Source: Malacoraja senta (lineage: Eukaryota). From it: 36,149 nt of DNA. The notes under the pieces were generated by a model. The model searched no databases. It saw only the letters and a list, made by a program, of their open reading frames with translations, and had not been told where the DNA came from. The stretch covers positions 62,001-98,149 of the forward strand of contig JAXLNO010000373.1 in assembly GCA_038087875.1 (NCBI GenBank). Direction: 5' to 3'. Numbering within the stretch: position 1 is the stretch's first letter; every line of letters starts with the position of its first letter. This document shows positions 33,085-36,149 of the stretch, in pieces. The position numbers and the translations under genes were made by a program.

Positions 33085-33680
33085 CTAGTCCGATTTAAAG
33101 CATCTTCACGGACACAGAGTGCTGGAGTAACTCAGCGGGTCAGGCAGCATCTGTGGAGAACATGGATAGGTGACGTTTCGGGTCGGGACACCTTAATTGT
33201 TGCAAAGTCCCGATGCACTCAACTCCTTGCAAAATGGCAGCAAGAAGCACACGGACATCATGTCCTGGTTGATGCAGCGTGTATTACTGCAGGCAGTGAA
33301 TGAATATCGCCAACAGTCCCAGGGACATTGAACCGCGAGCATCTAAACAATGGAGCAGTCTGAGCAAACAGCATCCACGCTGACCCGAGGGGGGACGTGA
33401 GTTGTGGAGACCCAGGCTCTTTGACAATCGCCAGCCAGAAAAAGGCTCTGAACACATTAGAGCGTAAAACAAGTGCTAGAGCCGTCAGTAATAATGACAT
33501 TTCAACAGAAAGCACCGTTTTGTTCTGCAATTAACAAATGGCAGTCTATTGAAATAATAAAGTCGTCGATTGGGGTTTAAAAGTGCTGGGATAATAGCCT
33601 CGTACTTAAGTGTAGTGAGCTGTGTAAACCGAACTTCCATCTTGCCAATTTATTACAGGCAATGATATTTCACATTGTAG

Positions 33681-33888
33681 GTAGACACAAAATACTGGAG
33701 TAACTCAGCGGGACAGGCAGCATCCCTGGAGAGAAGGAATAATGGGTGACGTTTCGGGTGGAGACCCTTCTTCAGACCTGAAACGTCGCCCATTCCTTCT
33801 CTCCAGAGATTCAGCCTGACCCACTCAGTTACTCCAGCTTTTTGTGTCTATCTTGGGTTTAAACCAGCATCTGCAGTTCCTTCCTACA
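33681..33888. mobile_element. Fold-back Penelope-derived element
   Basis: Minus arm 33681-33778 abuts plus arm 33777-33888, which ends CAGCATCTGCAGTTCCTTCCTACA. Confidence 0.88.
33745..33778 (-). ncRNA. Minimal type I hammerhead ribozyme motif
   Basis: GGT CTGAAGA A GGGT CTCC ACCC GAAA CGTC ACC. Stem I GGT/ACC, stem II GGGT/ACCC, GUC triplet. Activity untested. Confidence 0.65.
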
Positions 33889-33894
33889 TATCTC

Positions 33895-34423
33895 GCACAC
33901 AAACACAGAGACTTACACACTACACACACACAGACACACACACAGATATACACACATACATATACACACACAGATATACACACATACATATACACACACC
34001 CCCCGCCACCCCCACACATAAACACACACACATATACACACACACACATATATACACACACATATATACACACACACACACACATATATACACACACATA
34101 TATACACACACACACATATACACACACATACATATATACACACACATATACACACACATACATATACACACACACCGCCACCCCCACACACACACACACA
34201 CATATATACACAGACACATATATACACACACATATACACAAACACACACACACATATACACACATACATATACATACATACACACACATATACACATACA
34301 CACACACATATACACATACATACACACATACACACACACATACATACACACACATATACACACATACACACACACATACATACACATAAACACACATATA
34401 CACAAACACATATACACACACAC
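33895..34423. repeat. (CA)/(TA) compound microsatellite
   Basis: Direct reading. Confidence 0.97.
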
Positions 34424-34703
34424 TGAGGTCGATCACTTAAAAAAAACCACATGTACTTGACAATTATGTTTTTTATTCTCATCCCAAACCTTTGTCCATA
34501 AATGTGTGTAATATGTGTCCCACACATACTGTTCTTGACACTTCCTCCCGCTTCATCTATTCCTGAAACCAATTTGAGTTTTAGAAATCACCCAATCTCT
34601 GAGTATAATCGGTTTGGAAGTCCCCAGAGGTGAATCCCATGTGATCAGTTTTCTAGGACATTTTTGCCTACAAAACATATCTTAACAGAGCAACTACCAG
34701 TGT

Positions 34704-35020
34704 AGCTTACAACCCAGTGGTATGAATGTTGATTTCTCCAACTCCAAGTAACCCTTGCTCTCCCTCTCTCTCCATCCCTCCCCCGTCCTAGTTCTCCTAG
34801 TTCTCCCGTCCTAGTTTCTCTGTCCTCCTGATTACATTTTACTGATCGTGTGCCTCGTTGTCACCTTCCCCTCAGCTGATAAAGAACCATTCTACATTTT
34901 CCTTGATCATCGTCCCCTTTCTGAAGAAGGGTCTCGACCCCAAACGTCACCCATTCCTTCTCTCCAGAGATGCTACCTGTCCCGCTGAGTTACTCCAGCA
35001 TTTTGTGTCTATCTTCGATG
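34704..35020 (+). mobile_element. Penelope-like element 3' end: endonuclease C-terminus, UTR and hammerhead-bearing terminal repeat
   Basis: 34704-34751 encodes SLQPSGMNVDFSNSK*, the L..P.G(L/M)N end of PLE GIY-YIG domains. A pyrimidine-rich UTR follows, then CTGAAGAAGGGTCTCGACCCCAAACGTCACC at 34921 and the family body. Confidence 0.85.
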
Positions 35021-35110
35021 TAAGATCAAGATCAAGATCAAGAGAGTTTATTGTCATGTGTCCCAGATAGGACAATGAAATTCTTGCTTTGCTTCAGCAC
35101 ACAGTATATA
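35021..35110 (-). mobile_element. LINE 3' tail with (TCTTGA)n end
   Basis: AAGATCAAGAGAGTTTATTGTCATGTGTCCCAGATAGGACAATGAAATTCTTGC. Related copies near 10468-10540, 20588-20650, 24760-24838 (opposite strand) and 30517-30600. Clade uncertain. Confidence 0.6.
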
Positions 35111-35155
35111 GTAGGCATGAATACAGATCAAATCATATAACAGATCAGCACAGAT

Positions 35156-35526
35156 CTTATATTGAAACATATAAGATTGTTCAGGGCTTGGACACACTAG
35201 AGGCAGGAACATGTTCCCGATGTTGGGGAGTCCAGAACCAGGGGCCACAGTTTAAGAATAAGGGGTAAGCCATTTAGAACGGAGACGAGGAAACACTTTT
35301 TCACACAGAGAGTTGTGAGTCTGTGGAATTCTCTGCCTCAGAGGGCGGTGGAGGCCGGTTCTCTGGATGCTTTCAAGAGAGAGCTAGATAGGGCTCTTAA
35401 AGATAGCGGAGTCAGGGGATATGGGGAGAAGGCAGGAACGGGGTACTGATTGTGGATGATCAGCCATGATCACATTGAATGGCGGGTGCTGGTTCGAAGG
35501 GCCGAATGGCCTACTGTCTATTGTCA
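35156..35526 (+). mobile_element. CR1 LINE 3' fragment
   Basis: Collinear with 3181-3555; ends CTACTGTCTATTGTC. Confidence 0.93.
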
Positions 35527-36149
35527 AGCAAAGAATTTCACTAATGACTTATCACATAAGACAATAAAGTGTTCATTCATTCATTCATTCATTCATTCAC
35601 TCCCAACGTTAATAATAATAAAAACATCACCAGTGAACAATAATAAATGTCTAAAAATGAGAGACTCCCAGATTATTCTTAATTTTGCAAGGAACTGCAG
35701 ATGCTGGAAAAATCGAAGGTATTGTCTATTGCAAATACTGTTTACATGCATTGCTCAAATTTATCCCCCCCATACCCTTGCCCACTCATTCCCTTATTTT
35801 GAGGGGTGTCTCCACGACACCCTTCCCCCCATGTCCAGCAGCGGAAAGACCCTAGACTGTGGTCGTCCCCCACCGAGCCTTGGCGTTGGCTGCACCGAGC
35901 TTCAGAACAGACAGATATAACGTTCCCAGCTCCGAACTGGGGGAATGTCGCGGCCTTTCCAAAGAATATAAACACACGAGGCTATCAATTGTAGGATGTC
36001 GGTGTAATATTAACACGTCGAATTATCGCGTTATGTTATCCTGGCCATTGCCAGCCCTCCCCTGAACGATTAAAACAACAAATGGCACTTGTAGTCGAAA
36101 TAAAGCTTCATATCATTCAAAAATAGCAGAGGAGATGCACGGATTCTTT

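Overview
Vertebrate genomic DNA, not prokaryotic. The repeat set (HE1-type V-SINEs and CR1/HER1-type LINEs with a shared 3' tail) points to a cartilaginous fish, probably a skate or ray (inference). One host coding exon is visible: a 55-nt signal-peptide first exon on the minus strand (29722-29668, MDMRALLFLYLPLALAVE+G|GTAGG). It closely resembles exon 1 of an EphB receptor, best EPHB2, and lies in a CpG-rich promoter. Bases 1-29667 would then be intron 1 (no recognisable exon 2) and ~30300-36149 upstream DNA. The rest is mostly CR1, Rex1/Babar, RTE, Tx1 and Penelope retroelement fragments, SINEs, hAT/TcMar/other MITEs, a Helitron end, long microsatellites and islands of unique, enhancer-like sequence. 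The most notable observations are: (1) a very abundant short Penelope-derived element carrying a minimal hammerhead-ribozyme core, often present as fold-backs (two with 17-18 bp flanking duplications) and the source of 34-bp and 66-bp tandem arrays; (2) a probable ~1.2 kb inversion between two CR1 copies at a 200-N assembly gap. Almost all ORF-track entries are repeat or microsatellite artefacts. All family and gene assignments come from recalled motifs; no database search was run.
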